Positions 21,365 through 31,085 of a stretch of DNA of 64,000 nt are shown piece after piece. The stretch lies in the NCBI RefSeq assembly GCF_035489915.1, contig NZ_DATHIT010001015.1. One strand, written 5' to 3'. The translations under genes were made by a program, and so were the position numbers. This DNA comes from Pseudonocardia sp. GTDB taxonomy: Bacteria > Actinomycetota > Actinomycetes > Mycobacteriales > Pseudonocardiaceae. The notes beneath the pieces were generated by a model. It was not told the origin of the DNA, did no database searches, and was given only the letters and a program-made list of their open reading frames with translations. The number at the start of each line of letters is the position of its first letter. Positions within the stretch are counted from its first letter, which is position 1.

Positions 21365-23167
21365 GTGAGAAACTTGTCGCGGTCGGTTGAGCCAGGCTCT
21401 TCGCCAACTTACGGTCGCAATTTCGACGAGCTCCGATCCAGGTACCAGGAGGAGCGCGCCAAGCGCATCCGGGCAGTTGGCCCGGACCAGTACCGTCACC
21501 TGCAGGACGGGTCGACTTACCTTGCAGATCCCTTTGAAATCGAGACCACGCCCCGAGATGCCGTCAGCAAGACGACCGATGTCGCGATCATCGGAGGAGG
21601 CTTCGCCGGGCTGCTGGCCGCTATCGAGATGTTGGGGCGAGGCGTCGCCGACATCACCATCATCGAGAAGGCGAGCGAATTCGGGGGAGTGTGGTATTGG
21701 AACCGGTACCCGGGTGTTCGGTGTGACACCGAGGCCTACATGTACCTGCCTCGTCTCGAGGAGACCGGATACGTGCCGCCCGAGCGGTATGCACGCGGTG
21801 ACACAATCCTCGGGTATCTGGGTGGCCTGGCCGAGCGCTACAACCTTTATGAAAAAGCGCTCCTGAGCACCCGCGTGACGCACGCCGAGTGGGTGGGCGA
21901 CAGGGAGCGATGGGAGATCCGGACCGACCGTGGGGACATCATCTCGGCACGGTATCTGGTCGTGGGCACAGGCGGGTTGTTGCACAGGCCCAAGCTGCCG
22001 GAGATCGACGGCCTAGACACCTTTGAAGGTACTGCCTTCCACAGCAGCAGGTGGAACTACGCGTACACCGGTGGCGACGTTTCCGGTGACATGCATAACC
22101 TTCGTGACAAGAAGGTCGCGCTCGTCGGAACTGGTGCCTCTGCCATCCAGGCAGCTCCGCATCTCGCGGAGGACGCGGCTCACCTCTATGTGGTCCAGCG
22201 TACGCCGTCGGCTATCGACATCCGCGCAAATCAGCCGACCGACTCTGATTGGTTCGCCCGACTGGAGCCGGGCTGGCAGGAGCGGCGCTCGATCAACTTC
22301 GAGTTGTTGTTGGCCGGAGTCCCGCAGGACCACGACGAAGTCGGTGACCAGTGGACGCAGATCTGGAAGATGCCGGACCTGAGTGCAGCTACGAGTCGGG
22401 AGGAACTGTCCGAGATCGTCGAAGCATTTGACTTCGGACAGATGGAGCGGATTCGGCGTCGTATCGACGAGATCGTCAAGGATCGCTCGGTCGCGGAAGC
22501 ACTGAAGCCCTATTACAATTCGCGCTGCAAGCGGCCGTGCTTCAATGATGAATATCTGCCGACATTCAATCGCCGCAACGTCACTCTCCTGGACACCAAG
22601 GGTCGTGGGCTCGACGCGATGACGCCCCGTGGGATCGTCGTGAACGGTACCGAGTACGCCGTCGACTGCGTGGTCTTCGCCACGGGCTTCGAGGCGGCCG
22701 TCTCCCCCGGAACCACCGGTGGCTTCGATATCCTGGGCCGTACGGGGGAACGTCTTGCCGAAAGATGGTCGAGGGACGCGGTCTCCGTCCATGGCATGTG
22801 CGTCGACGGTTTCCCGAACTTCTTCGCGCTGGGCAATGTTCGTCAAGGGTCTGTCACCATCAACGCGCCCTACACCACGGCCACGCAGGCTGCCCACGTC
22901 GCCGAGCTGGTCTCGTCACTCAAGGACCGCGACCTCGACGTGCTGGAAGTCTCAGCCGACGAGGTGATGGAGTGGCAGGAGGCGCTGCGCTCGCAGTCTC
23001 GTTTCGATGGAAAGGCAGTGAGGAGCTGCACCCCCGGCTACTACACGAACGAGGGCGACCTCGACAGCGTGGTGCCACTCTTCGCGTCTGCGTACGGTGC
23101 AGGTATCGCGAGCTATCGACAGGCTCTCGCGGACTGGCGCAAGACCGCCCTCGACCGCATCACGTGA
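21365..23167 (+). CDS. Type I Baeyer-Villiger monooxygenase
   Basis: GGGFAG, GGVWYWNRYPG, BVMO fingerprint FEGTAFHSSRW, GTGASAIQ, CKRPCF, CTPGYY.NEG. Confidence 0.92.
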   Translation: MRNLSRSVEPGSSPTYGRNFDELRSRYQEERAKRIRAVGPDQYRHLQDGSTYLADPFEIETTPRDAVSKTTDVAIIGGGFAGLLAAIEMLGRGVADITIIEKASEFGGVWYWNRYPGVRCDTEAYMYLPRLEETGYVPPERYARGDTILGYLGGLAERYNLYEKALLSTRVTHAEWVGDRERWEIRTDRGDIISARYLVVGTGGLLHRPKLPEIDGLDTFEGTAFHSSRWNYAYTGGDVSGDMHNLRDKKVALVGTGASAIQAAPHLAEDAAHLYVVQRTPSAIDIRANQPTDSDWFARLEPGWQERRSINFELLLAGVPQDHDEVGDQWTQIWKMPDLSAATSREELSEIVEAFDFGQMERIRRRIDEIVKDRSVAEALKPYYNSRCKRPCFNDEYLPTFNRRNVTLLDTKGRGLDAMTPRGIVVNGTEYAVDCVVFATGFEAAVSPGTTGGFDILGRTGERLAERWSRDAVSVHGMCVDGFPNFFALGNVRQGSVTINAPYTTATQAAHVAELVSSLKDRDLDVLEVSADEVMEWQEALRSQSRFDGKAVRSCTPGYYTNEGDLDSVVPLFASAYGAGIASYRQALADWRKTALDRIT

Positions 23168-23230
23168 CGGCCGCGGAATAATTCTCTCGGCCGCAACTGC
23201 AGTGTACTCAATGAAGAGGTGACTGAATCC

Positions 23231-23689
23231 ATGACTAGATCCATCCCTACAGATCTGGAGCTCCGAGAGGAAAGTGCCCACCTCGCGCGCTCCTATCTCG
23301 ACTGCCTCAATGTCTGGGACTTCGACGGGCTGAGCGCGCTGGTCGCCGAAGATTTTGTACTGGAGATGAAGTACGTGGCACCCGGAATGCCGTCGATTTG
23401 GGAGGGCCGCACTGCTGTCATCGATCTCTATCGGGGGATGAGCGTCGCGATCCTCAGTCCCAATCTCCACGACTTCTGGCTGGACACCCTTTATTCCGAT
23501 CCTGGTGAGGTCGTCGCGCAGTATCGCAGCGAGATGCGTATGGCGGACCCGAGCCTCCGCTACGGCAATGACTACCTGAGCAGGTTCACCATCAGGAACG
23601 GCAAGATCATTCGCTTCGTCGACGGCTTCGACTCCGTGCGCCTGGTTTTGGGCTTTGGGGGTACGGTCGAGGCACCAAGAATCGCGTAG
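23231..23689 (+). CDS. SnoaL/NTF2-like protein
   Basis: D..L.ALVAED...E, YGNDYLSRFTIRNGKI pattern. Start may be 23219 or 23231. Confidence 0.78.
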   Translation: MTRSIPTDLELREESAHLARSYLDCLNVWDFDGLSALVAEDFVLEMKYVAPGMPSIWEGRTAVIDLYRGMSVAILSPNLHDFWLDTLYSDPGEVVAQYRSEMRMADPSLRYGNDYLSRFTIRNGKIIRFVDGFDSVRLVLGFGGTVEAPRIA

Positions 23690-23742
23690 TCGAGCAAGGA
23701 CGTGCAAGAACCCGTTCATTCTGCGAGGGGAGCCTAGATCGA

Positions 23743-24666
23743 ATGAGCAGCGTCGAGATGCAGAAGCTCGTGGAGATGATCCGGGAGGCGTCCCGGAGTG
23801 CCGAAGGCGGCAGCGCGCCGAGTCTGGCCGATATAAGAGCATTCTGGCCTCCGCGCTATGGACTCGATGACTCGCTCTACGCGGATCTCGACGAGTCACA
23901 GTCGACCATCACTGAGCGCTTCGTAAACGGCGTTCGCTGTGAACACCTTCGACAACCGGGCAGCATGCCGAATCGCGCGATCCTCTATCTTCACGGAGGA
24001 GCCTATGTGATGGGTTCTCCGGAGACGCACAGGGAGCTGGCGGCGTCGTTGTCGACGGCGGCGCGGTGCGGGGTGCATCTGGCGAACTACCGGTTGGCCC
24101 CGGAACACCCCTTTCCGGCGGCGATCGAGGATGCGACTCGGGTCTACCGAGGATTACTCGAACTGGGTTACGCGCCGGATCAGATCGCGGTTGCCGGGGA
24201 CTCCGCCGGGGGTGGGCTTGCGCTGGCCATGCTCGTAGCGAGTCGTGACGCGGGTCTGGCCATGCCGGCGGCGGTCGCGCTGTTCTCGCCGTGGACCGAC
24301 TTGAGCCTGCAGGGAAAGACCTGGAGCAGCAACGCTGAAATTGACCCCGACGGTACTTCGGTGGAGGTGATTCGAGACGGGTTCGTCAAGATGTACCTCG
24401 GCGACATCGACCCCAGGACACCTGAAGCTTCGCCGCTCTTTGGCGATCTGCACGGGCTTCCGCCGATGCTGGTACACGCCGGCAGCATCGACAGGATGTT
24501 GGACGACTCCGTCGAGTTGGCCAGCCGTGCGGAGAGCAGTGGGGTCGAAGTGAGGCTCGAGGTGTTTGAGGGCGCACCGCATGTGTGGCAGTTCTACGCC
24601 AGATGGGTTCCTGAAGGTAAGGAGTCAGTGGCCGCAGCCGGCGCTTTCCTTCACGGCCACCTGTAA
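23743..24666 (+). CDS. HSL-family esterase/lactonase
   Basis: HGGAY, YRLAPEHPFPAA, GDSAGG, SPLFGDL.GLPP, HVWQ. Confidence 0.9.
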   Translation: MSSVEMQKLVEMIREASRSAEGGSAPSLADIRAFWPPRYGLDDSLYADLDESQSTITERFVNGVRCEHLRQPGSMPNRAILYLHGGAYVMGSPETHRELAASLSTAARCGVHLANYRLAPEHPFPAAIEDATRVYRGLLELGYAPDQIAVAGDSAGGGLALAMLVASRDAGLAMPAAVALFSPWTDLSLQGKTWSSNAEIDPDGTSVEVIRDGFVKMYLGDIDPRTPEASPLFGDLHGLPPMLVHAGSIDRMLDDSVELASRAESSGVEVRLEVFEGAPHVWQFYARWVPEGKESVAAAGAFLHGHL

Positions 24667-24745
24667 GGTCAACATTGGAACGAGTCCTAGCTACGTCGCG
24701 AATGCTGCCGGCTGCGAAGTCCGACGCCCTTGTCGGCGTGGCTGG

Positions 24746-25762
24746 CTAGCCCGTCCTGTGCAGCAGGGCCGCAGGTGAGATGCCGTATTGGACTTCGTGC
24801 GCCCGCGCGAAGCGGCCGTAGTGGTAGAAGCCCCAACTATATGCAATTGCTGCGGCTGTACTTCGTGCGGGATCGCTACGTGCCAGGTCTTCGTGGGCAC
24901 GGGCGAGGCGTACGTTCCTGACGTACATCATCGGCGAGACCCCCAGATGGCGTCTGAAGACGACACCCAACGCGCTTGCGCTCATGGTGGCGAACCTGGC
25001 CAGATCTGCCAACGTGCAGAACTGCAGTGGATCTGCGTTGATGGCCTCGACGACGTTCTTGATGGATCGGTGCGACAGGACTCCTGTTGCGGGCCCGGCC
25101 AAGGCTGGCGAGTACGTATGCGGCTGACTCGCTATCAACGCGGAGATCATGATGCTGACCAAACGGTCGGCTACCGGGAACGATGAGGTGACACCGTCCG
25201 ACTGGGCGAGCTCGTGAGACACGAATCGCAGCACACGGTAGAATGCTGATCCGGTCCCGTGCTCGTCGATTCTCAGGGCGAACTGCGGATCTGACGCCAC
25301 TCGGTATCCGAGGACCGCCGAGGTCTCTTCGTTGATTCGACCACGAGGGAAGCAGACGGTCAGAACCTTCGACTTCTCTCCGAGATAGTTCACTTCTACA
25401 GGGTGGCCAGGCGATATCACGGCACCCCCTGATCGTTCTACTGTCGTGAATTCTCGATCCATCGAGATCCCCGCCGACCCAACGATGGGAATGCAGATCG
25501 TGTACCGGTCATGATCAGTGACCGTCGTCACTCGTGCCGAGGTGATGTCCAGAACCGACAGCCGGGTCCCGATCAGCTCGATCGTCTCGAGTCGCATGGC
25601 GAACTTGCGGTCTGCAGCGTTCGACTCGATCCTTGAGTAGCCATATGTATGACTTATCGACGTCGCCGCGCTGTCGACCTCGGTGTGATGAAAGGCGGAA
25701 GGGTGGGCGTCCCGCCAGACCGAGGTCGCCCAGGGGAGAGCATCTATCGCATGATCCGTCAT
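24746..25762 (-). CDS. AraC-family transcriptional regulator
   Basis: C-terminal LADLA...FRRHLGVSPM.Y....RL, IAYSWGF.H.GRFA..Y...YG.SP. Confidence 0.88.
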   Translation of the reverse strand: MTDHAIDALPWATSVWRDAHPSAFHHTEVDSAATSISHTYGYSRIESNAADRKFAMRLETIELIGTRLSVLDITSARVTTVTDHDRYTICIPIVGSAGISMDREFTTVERSGGAVISPGHPVEVNYLGEKSKVLTVCFPRGRINEETSAVLGYRVASDPQFALRIDEHGTGSAFYRVLRFVSHELAQSDGVTSSFPVADRLVSIMISALIASQPHTYSPALAGPATGVLSHRSIKNVVEAINADPLQFCTLADLARFATMSASALGVVFRRHLGVSPMMYVRNVRLARAHEDLARSDPARSTAAAIAYSWGFYHYGRFARAHEVQYGISPAALLHRTG

Positions 25763-25909
25763 GCGGTGGCCTCGCTTCCCCCGCGTACACTTACGTATCC
25801 CGCCCAGCGCTCTCTGCGGGATGGCTCGAAGCTAGGTGTGCGTGGGCAGATGCACAGGGTAACCGCATTCTGGATCATGCTCGGTCTCCTGTCGGTCTCA
25901 CCGATGAGT

Positions 25910-26110
25910 CTAGTGGTCCTCGCCGTTAGTTCGTCGGGGGTCGGAGGTCGTGCCATGCGGTGGGATCGTTTACGTAGCGGCCGCAGGCGAGGTCGAGGGC
26001 GTCCTGGCAGGTGCCGAAGGGCAGCCCGTTGGGGAAGATCGACTGATGGTAGTCGTCGTGGCTGGCGCGGTAGATCGCGACTTGCCAGTCGTGGGCGGAG
26101 CCCGCCGACA
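25910..26110 (-). mobile_element. Remnant right end of an IS630-like element
   Basis: GSAHDWQVAIYRASHDDY..S.FPNG...GT..DALD.ACG.Y..DPTAW resembles, from memory, the accessory ORF of actinobacterial IS630-like elements. It is followed by ...ACGAACTAACGGCGAGGACCACTAG. No transposase is present. Confidence 0.55.
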
Positions 26111-26153
26111 ACTTTCTGTCGATCGAGAACTTCCAAGCGCTTGGCGATCACCG

Positions 26154-26654
26154 TTAGGCGGCGGCGTCTTCGAAGACCTTGACCATCTCTGTATCGAGCA
26201 GCTTGGGAACGTCGGACGGCCTCGTTTCAGGAAATTTGCTGAAGAAGGCGGTGACCTGGTCCAAGTCTATGCGCGTTTCTTCACCGTCGCGCTGGGAGAC
26301 GCAGATACGTACCGGCGCTCCGAGGCCGGCGGCGGCGGTGTACCGGAAGAGGCCTCGAGCGATGATGGCGTTGCCGACCAGGTAGAACTTGGACTCGATA
26401 GGGATTCCGGCCAGTCTCATCGCCGGGCCCTGCTCCATTTCCCAGAAGATGCAGAACTTGCTCGGTGTTGCGACCTCATTGACGTAGGCCTCGAAGCCCT
26501 CAAGGTCTGCGTGCGCCATGTATTCTATTTGCTTTGGGAGCGAGAAGCGCTTCAAGCTCGACTCGATGGCCTTAGTCACTTCGAAAAATGACTTCTTGGA
26601 ACGAATCGTGATAAGGACTCCGTCGAATTTGGTCAATGTCGTCTGAGCTGACAT
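26154..26654 (-). CDS. DUF302-like protein
   Basis: YLVGNAIIA...AAGLGAPVRI pattern; intact 166-aa ORF. Confidence 0.65.
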   Translation of the reverse strand: MSAQTTLTKFDGVLITIRSKKSFFEVTKAIESSLKRFSLPKQIEYMAHADLEGFEAYVNEVATPSKFCIFWEMEQGPAMRLAGIPIESKFYLVGNAIIARGLFRYTAAAGLGAPVRICVSQRDGEETRIDLDQVTAFFSKFPETRPSDVPKLLDTEMVKVFEDAAA

Positions 26655-26889
26655 GGGTATTCACTCACTCTCTCGTTAGGTACGCGGGTGTGTTCGGCGA
26701 GCCGCGCCCAGGTCGGCTCGAAGGCGAGCCGGCGTAGCTCCGAGCTGCTTGTGGTTGTATCCGTCGCCCGTCACGCATCACGCATTCCCGGCTCGGGCTA
26801 GGGACTTGTCGGTCGGCGAGTGCATCCAGGCCATCGTCAGGTCTGGGACCCGCGCTCGAATCCGCCAAAGGACAGTGCGGGTGGTCAGT

Positions 26890-27068
26890 CGTGGCTATAT
26901 GGGCGTCGAGGCGTTCGCCGAGCGGGCGTCGTCGACCACGGTTAGCCGGCTGCCGGCTGCCGGGCTCGGTGTAGATCCCATGCGGTGTCCAGCGGCCCGG
27001 ATACGTTGTGACGGCCATGGACCAGCACGGCAGGCACGGCGTGCAGGCGTTGCATGCTGTCGCGGATC
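26890..27068 (-). pseudogene. Prolyl aminopeptidase C-terminal fragment
   Basis: RLHAVPAVLVHGRHNVSGPLDTAWDLHRA. Confidence 0.6.
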
Positions 27069-27535
27069 TCCCACGGGAAATGCCCCGCACCGATGATGTC
27101 GAGCTTGCTGTTGGGCAGCCGCTGGTGGAGAAACTCGGCGTTGACCGGTGGCACCGCCGGGTCTCGCCGACCGGCGATGATCTGCAGCGGTGTCTGTATC
27201 CGCGGCAGCAGATCACAGAGGATCGGAAGGTCCGTTGGGTAGGCGCGCATGTAGCGCATTGACTCGACGAAGCGGTCGCCCTGGTAAGAGGACAAGTAGT
27301 CCTCGCGGACGTAGCCGGGAAGCGCGTACCGCTCGATGTTGGTGAGTGCGTCGGCGACGATCTGGCGTGGGTCGGTGCCGCGGTATGCCTCGAGGTCGGG
27401 GGCTTCGACCCAGTTTTTCAGCACCCCACTGAGCCGGAGCGGAAATGCTGCGCCCCCGCTCCCGACGACCAGGCTGCGCAGGCGGCCCGGATGCAAGGCC
27501 ACGGCGAAGAGTGAGGCCGCGGTGCCGACGTCTTG
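27069..27535 (-). pseudogene. Alpha/beta hydrolase internal fragment
   Basis: DVGTAASLF..HPGRLRSLVVGSG...IQTPLQIIAG..D..VPP.NAEFL...AGHFPWE; lacks both termini. Confidence 0.65.
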
Positions 27536-27649
27536 CGGGTGCTGTCCTCCAGCTCGCTGGTGCGCAGCCATTCAGCCATCGCCTACGCCGGCCCTGGAGG
27601 CATCCGGCGGCTTCATTTCGTGGACAGGTTCGTGGACACGCAGTCCTTT

Positions 27650-27860
27650 GTGGACAACCAGGGCGTCCTGCTCGGGCAACTGCCGTCCGGAGTCCGCCGC
27701 GTCGTCGCGGAACTCCGCCATCCCGCTGACCGCTAGGCCTTGCGAGGCCGCCGCCTGGACGACCGAGCGCTCGGTCCCCCTCGGGAGTTCGACGACGGCT
27801 TGCAGCCCGGCGGCTATGCCGGTCACGCGGATGCCGGGGGCCCGCTGTGCCAGGGCGCGA
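27650..27860 (-). pseudogene. MocR/GabR-type PLP regulator C-terminal fragment
   Basis: RVTGIAAGLQAVVELP...E..VV.AA...GLAV...DALVV. Confidence 0.55.
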
Positions 27861-27879
27861 CCAGTCGGCGGGCGGCGAC

Positions 27880-28285
27880 GTCTCTTCTACGTCGAGCGTG
27901 GGCACCCCGGCGTCAACGTGAGTCCGATTCCCAAGATGGGATTCGGAGCTCCCTGGGGCATGGTCACGTTGACCGACTGCCGGGTGCCCGCCGAGGCGTC
28001 CATCGACTTGGGGTTCATGGTCACTGACCGCACAGTGCAGGACGTCGACGGCAACGCCACGGCATCAGTCCTGTATGCCTCCGCCATCGCGCTCGGCCTC
28101 GCCCACGGCTGGTGGGATCGGACCGTCGAGTACCTCACCCATCGCACCGCGCATCGCCAGCCGATCGCGTCGATGCAGGCGATTCAGCACAAACTCGTGC
28201 GACTCCGCTCCCAGATCGAAGCGAGCCGTTCGCTGCTCTACGACGCCGGCCGGCTACGCGACACGGGCCGTCCCGACAGTGAGCT
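27880..28285 (+). pseudogene. Acyl-CoA dehydrogenase fragment
   Basis: LFYVERGHPG...KMG...DCRVPAE, AIALGLA, QPIASMQAIQHKL...IEASRSLLY; no start or C-terminus. Confidence 0.7.
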
Positions 28286-28419
28286 TGCGCCGGGACGCCA
28301 TCGGCGGGCTGATTATCGAGTGCACCACTGGCATGCATCACTCGACGGTCGCACACCTGCTCGGTTTTCCTGGAGCGGCGATCGGCGCTTTTTGACCCTG
28401 CGTCGGCTCCGTCGGCATC

Positions 28420-29136
28420 TCAAGCGGCCACCGTCGCGGACAGCCGAGGGTTGGCGGTGGCGCGGAACATCACAACCGTGATGGCGACCAGCCACCCGAA
28501 GAACACGAAGAGGGGCACGTAGAATGCCATGACGCCGTTCCAGGCGAACGGGCCCACCTTGAAAAAGGCCATTAAACCGCCCGGTACCAGCAGAGTGGTG
28601 TTCCACAGGCTCAGATAGGCCGCCCATCGAGGAAAGAGCGGTGTGGCGCTGTGGTCGCGGAAAATGGCGATGGCCACCAACGCGCTCCACAGGCTGAACG
28701 GAGGCCAGGCGAACAACAGGAGAAACCAGCCGAAGTCGTTCACCGTGCGGGTAATGTCAGCCGCGATCTCGGTGGGCCGGTAGGCGGCGAGCGCCCACGT
28801 CGTGGGAATGATTTCGATCAGCGTCGTCGAGGTTGCGACGCAAGCCAGTTGGCCATAGGTGAGCAAAGTGCTCGCCCCCGGAATGCGGTCGGTGAGCGCG
28901 GCCAGCGCAATGCCCCACGGAATGAGCAACACCAACCCGATTATCATGAGAAAGCAACCGCACTGAATGGCTAGTTGATGCTCGATGTACAGTCGGGCAA
29001 TTGTTGCGCTGTCCGCCGAGGGGGCCGGCGGCGGGAAAAATCCGGCAAGCGGCATGAAGCCGACACCGAAAAGCACGGAAAGAGCCGGCGCGGCCCAGGT
29101 GAACGCGCGCGCCAAGCGTGGATCGAGGTTGGTCAT
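28420..29136 (-). CDS. Uncharacterised polytopic membrane protein (paralog of 62916..63650)
   Basis: GFFPPPAP, PWG, YRP.EI, D.GWF, P.FPRW.AYLSLW, PGGLM.FFK.GP.A.NG are shared with 62916..63650. Confidence 0.8.
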   Translation of the reverse strand: MTNLDPRLARAFTWAAPALSVLFGVGFMPLAGFFPPPAPSADSATIARLYIEHQLAIQCGCFLMIIGLVLLIPWGIALAALTDRIPGASTLLTYGQLACVATSTTLIEIIPTTWALAAYRPTEIAADITRTVNDFGWFLLLFAWPPFSLWSALVAIAIFRDHSATPLFPRWAAYLSLWNTTLLVPGGLMAFFKVGPFAWNGVMAFYVPLFVFFGWLVAITVVMFRATANPRLSATVAA

Positions 29137-29173
29137 GTTCCCACTTCTCTGTGGTGTAAGTCTGCAGTTCATG

Positions 29174-29192
29174 AAGCGACTTCGGGTCGCTA
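29174..29192. promoter_or_regulatory. Palindromic operator site 1: AAGCGAC-TTCGG-GTCGCTA
   Basis: Between the divergent membrane-protein and GntR genes; overlaps a TAGGTT -10-like hexamer. Confidence 0.75.
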
Positions 29193-29267
29193 GGTTATGG
29201 TTGGGGTTCTTCTCGGTCAAGCCGGGTCGCGGGGTCGCCGTTTCATAGTTGGCGCTGCTCGGTCATC

Positions 29268-30125
29268 ATGGCCACCATGTCGACCCAGCCCGGACCGGGC
29301 GAAGCGGATGCGCCCGCCGCCAGTCGTTCCTCGGTGGGCTCGTCGGTCAACGACGCACCGGGCTCCGGAGCGGGTCGACGGCCGTTTCGGCCCGTGCGGG
29401 CGCAGCGCGCGGCGGATCTGGTGGCGGCGCAGCTGCGCCGCCACATCATCGGCGAGATGGCGGATGGCGAGGCGTTGCCGCCGGAGTCGGTGCTCATGGA
29501 GCGGTTCGCGGTGGCGCGCCAGACCTTGCGGGAGGCGTTCCGGGTGCTGGAGTCCGAGGGGTTGCTCACCGTGCGGCGCGGGGTTCGAGGTGGCGCGATC
29601 GTGCACCGGCCGGACGGGTCGGTCGCCGCCCGGAACGCGGCGCTGGTGCTGCAGTCGCGCGGCACCACGCTCGCCGACGTCTACCAGGCCCGGGCGATGA
29701 TCGAACCGGCGTGCGCGGCGGTGCTCGCCCGGCGGGCGACTCCGGACGACATCGCGGCCCTCCGCGCCGCGCTCGCGGAGACCGAAGAACCGCAGGCCGA
29801 CGCGGTCAATGCGATCCGCGCGCTGATGGGCTTCCATGCGCTGGTGGCACAGCGCTGCGGCAACCAGACCGTCGCGTTGTTGACCGACCTGGTCCGGCAC
29901 ATCATCGAGCTGGCCAGTGAACAGCAGGTCGTGGCGGACCCGGGCAGCTCGACCACCCGCCGGGCGCTGCGCAGCGGTCACCGCACGCACGAGCGGCTCG
30001 TCGAGCTGATCGAGGCCGGTGACGTCGCGGGCGCGCGGGACCTGTGGACTCGTCATCTCGAGGGCTCGGAGGATTACCTCATCTCCGGAGCGGCTTCGCG
30101 GACGGTGCTGGACCTGCTCAGTTGA
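29268..30125 (+). CDS. GntR/FadR-family regulator
   Basis: LPPESVLMERFAVARQTLREAFRVLESEGL..VRRG..GG; FCD domain. True start may be further downstream. Confidence 0.9.
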   Translation: MATMSTQPGPGEADAPAASRSSVGSSVNDAPGSGAGRRPFRPVRAQRAADLVAAQLRRHIIGEMADGEALPPESVLMERFAVARQTLREAFRVLESEGLLTVRRGVRGGAIVHRPDGSVAARNAALVLQSRGTTLADVYQARAMIEPACAAVLARRATPDDIAALRAALAETEEPQADAVNAIRALMGFHALVAQRCGNQTVALLTDLVRHIIELASEQQVVADPGSSTTRRALRSGHRTHERLVELIEAGDVAGARDLWTRHLEGSEDYLISGAASRTVLDLLS

Positions 30126-30183
30126 CCCGGCTCCTGACCTCGCGCGGGCGGAGTCCCCTCGCGGCCGGAGTCGGACCCCCGCT

Positions 30184-30202
30184 AAGCGACTAGTAGTCGC
30201 TT
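30184..30202. promoter_or_regulatory. Palindromic operator site 2 (perfect): AAGCGACTA-G-TAGTCGCTT
   Basis: Perfect 9-bp arms; the last TT begins TTGACA (30201-30206); upstream of the beta-oxidation operon. Confidence 0.85.
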
Positions 30203-30269
30203 GACAACGAATCGTACTAATGATTCGCTGTATTGACAGCGTGGTGGCACGAGTAGTGGGGCGTGGGCA

Positions 30270-31085
30270 GTGGGGCGTCGAGAAGGCCAGTGGACCGGAC
30301 TGGACGAGCCGCCGGTCCGGTCTGACATCGCGTGGAGCAGCGCGGACCGCATCGTAGTGCGGGGCCTCGACCTGCCGACCGAGGTACTGGGACACCTGGA
30401 TCTGGCGGCGTTCTCCTTCCTGCAACTCACCGGGCGGCGCCCGACGCCGGAGCAGGGCCGGGTCTACAACGCATTGCTGATCACCCTGGTCGAGCACGGC
30501 ATCACACCCAGCGCGCTGGCCGCCCGGCTGACGTACGCCGGTGCCCCGGAGGCGCTGCAGGCGGCGGTCGCCGCGGGCCTGTGTGGCCTGGGCAGTGTCT
30601 TCGTAGGCACGACCGAGGGCGCGGCCGCGATGCTGGCCGAGGAACTGGACGGCGCGCCGGACGACCTCGATCTCGCCGAGGCGGCGGCACGCATCGTGGC
30701 CGGGCACCGCGACCGGGGTCAACTGGTCCCCGGGCTGGGCCACCCGTTCCACAAGCCGATCGATCCGCGCACCCCCCGGCTGTTCGAGATCGCGCGGGAG
30801 TGCGGGCTGCACGGCCGCTACGTCGAGCTGATGCAGCGCGTGGGTGAGGAAGCCGAACGGGTCTCCGGCCGCGCGCTTCCGGTCAACGCCACCGGTGCGA
30901 TCGGCGCGCTGTGCGGCGAGCTGGGGCTGCCGCTCAAGGCGGTGCGCGGGCTTGGCGTGATGGCCAGGGCGATCGGGCTGGTCGGACACATCCTGGAGGA
31001 GAGCGAGCAGCCGATGGCCGTGCGGATCTGGCGACGCGTCGACCGGGAGGCCTCCGCGCACCTGGTGGAGTCCTCGGATGGCTGA
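30270..31085 (+). CDS. Citryl-CoA lyase / citrate-synthase-like protein
   Basis: VRGLDL, LVEHGITPSALAAR, VPGLGHP.HK..DPR, LPVNATGAIG, ARAIGLVGH. Confidence 0.85.
   Translation: MGRREGQWTGLDEPPVRSDIAWSSADRIVVRGLDLPTEVLGHLDLAAFSFLQLTGRRPTPEQGRVYNALLITLVEHGITPSALAARLTYAGAPEALQAAVAAGLCGLGSVFVGTTEGAAAMLAEELDGAPDDLDLAEAAARIVAGHRDRGQLVPGLGHPFHKPIDPRTPRLFEIARECGLHGRYVELMQRVGEEAERVSGRALPVNATGAIGALCGELGLPLKAVRGLGVMARAIGLVGHILEESEQPMAVRIWRRVDREASAHLVESSDG

Noticed and set aside
20147-21985. 612-aa ORF as a single gene
   Set aside because: Only its last ~100 aa are AtuA-like. The rest is antisense to the BVMO or off-frame in the atuA pseudogene.
27336-28481. 381-aa ORF as an intact acyl-CoA dehydrogenase
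   Set aside because: Only ~27880-28285 is ACAD-like; the flanks overlap unrelated minus-strand fragments.
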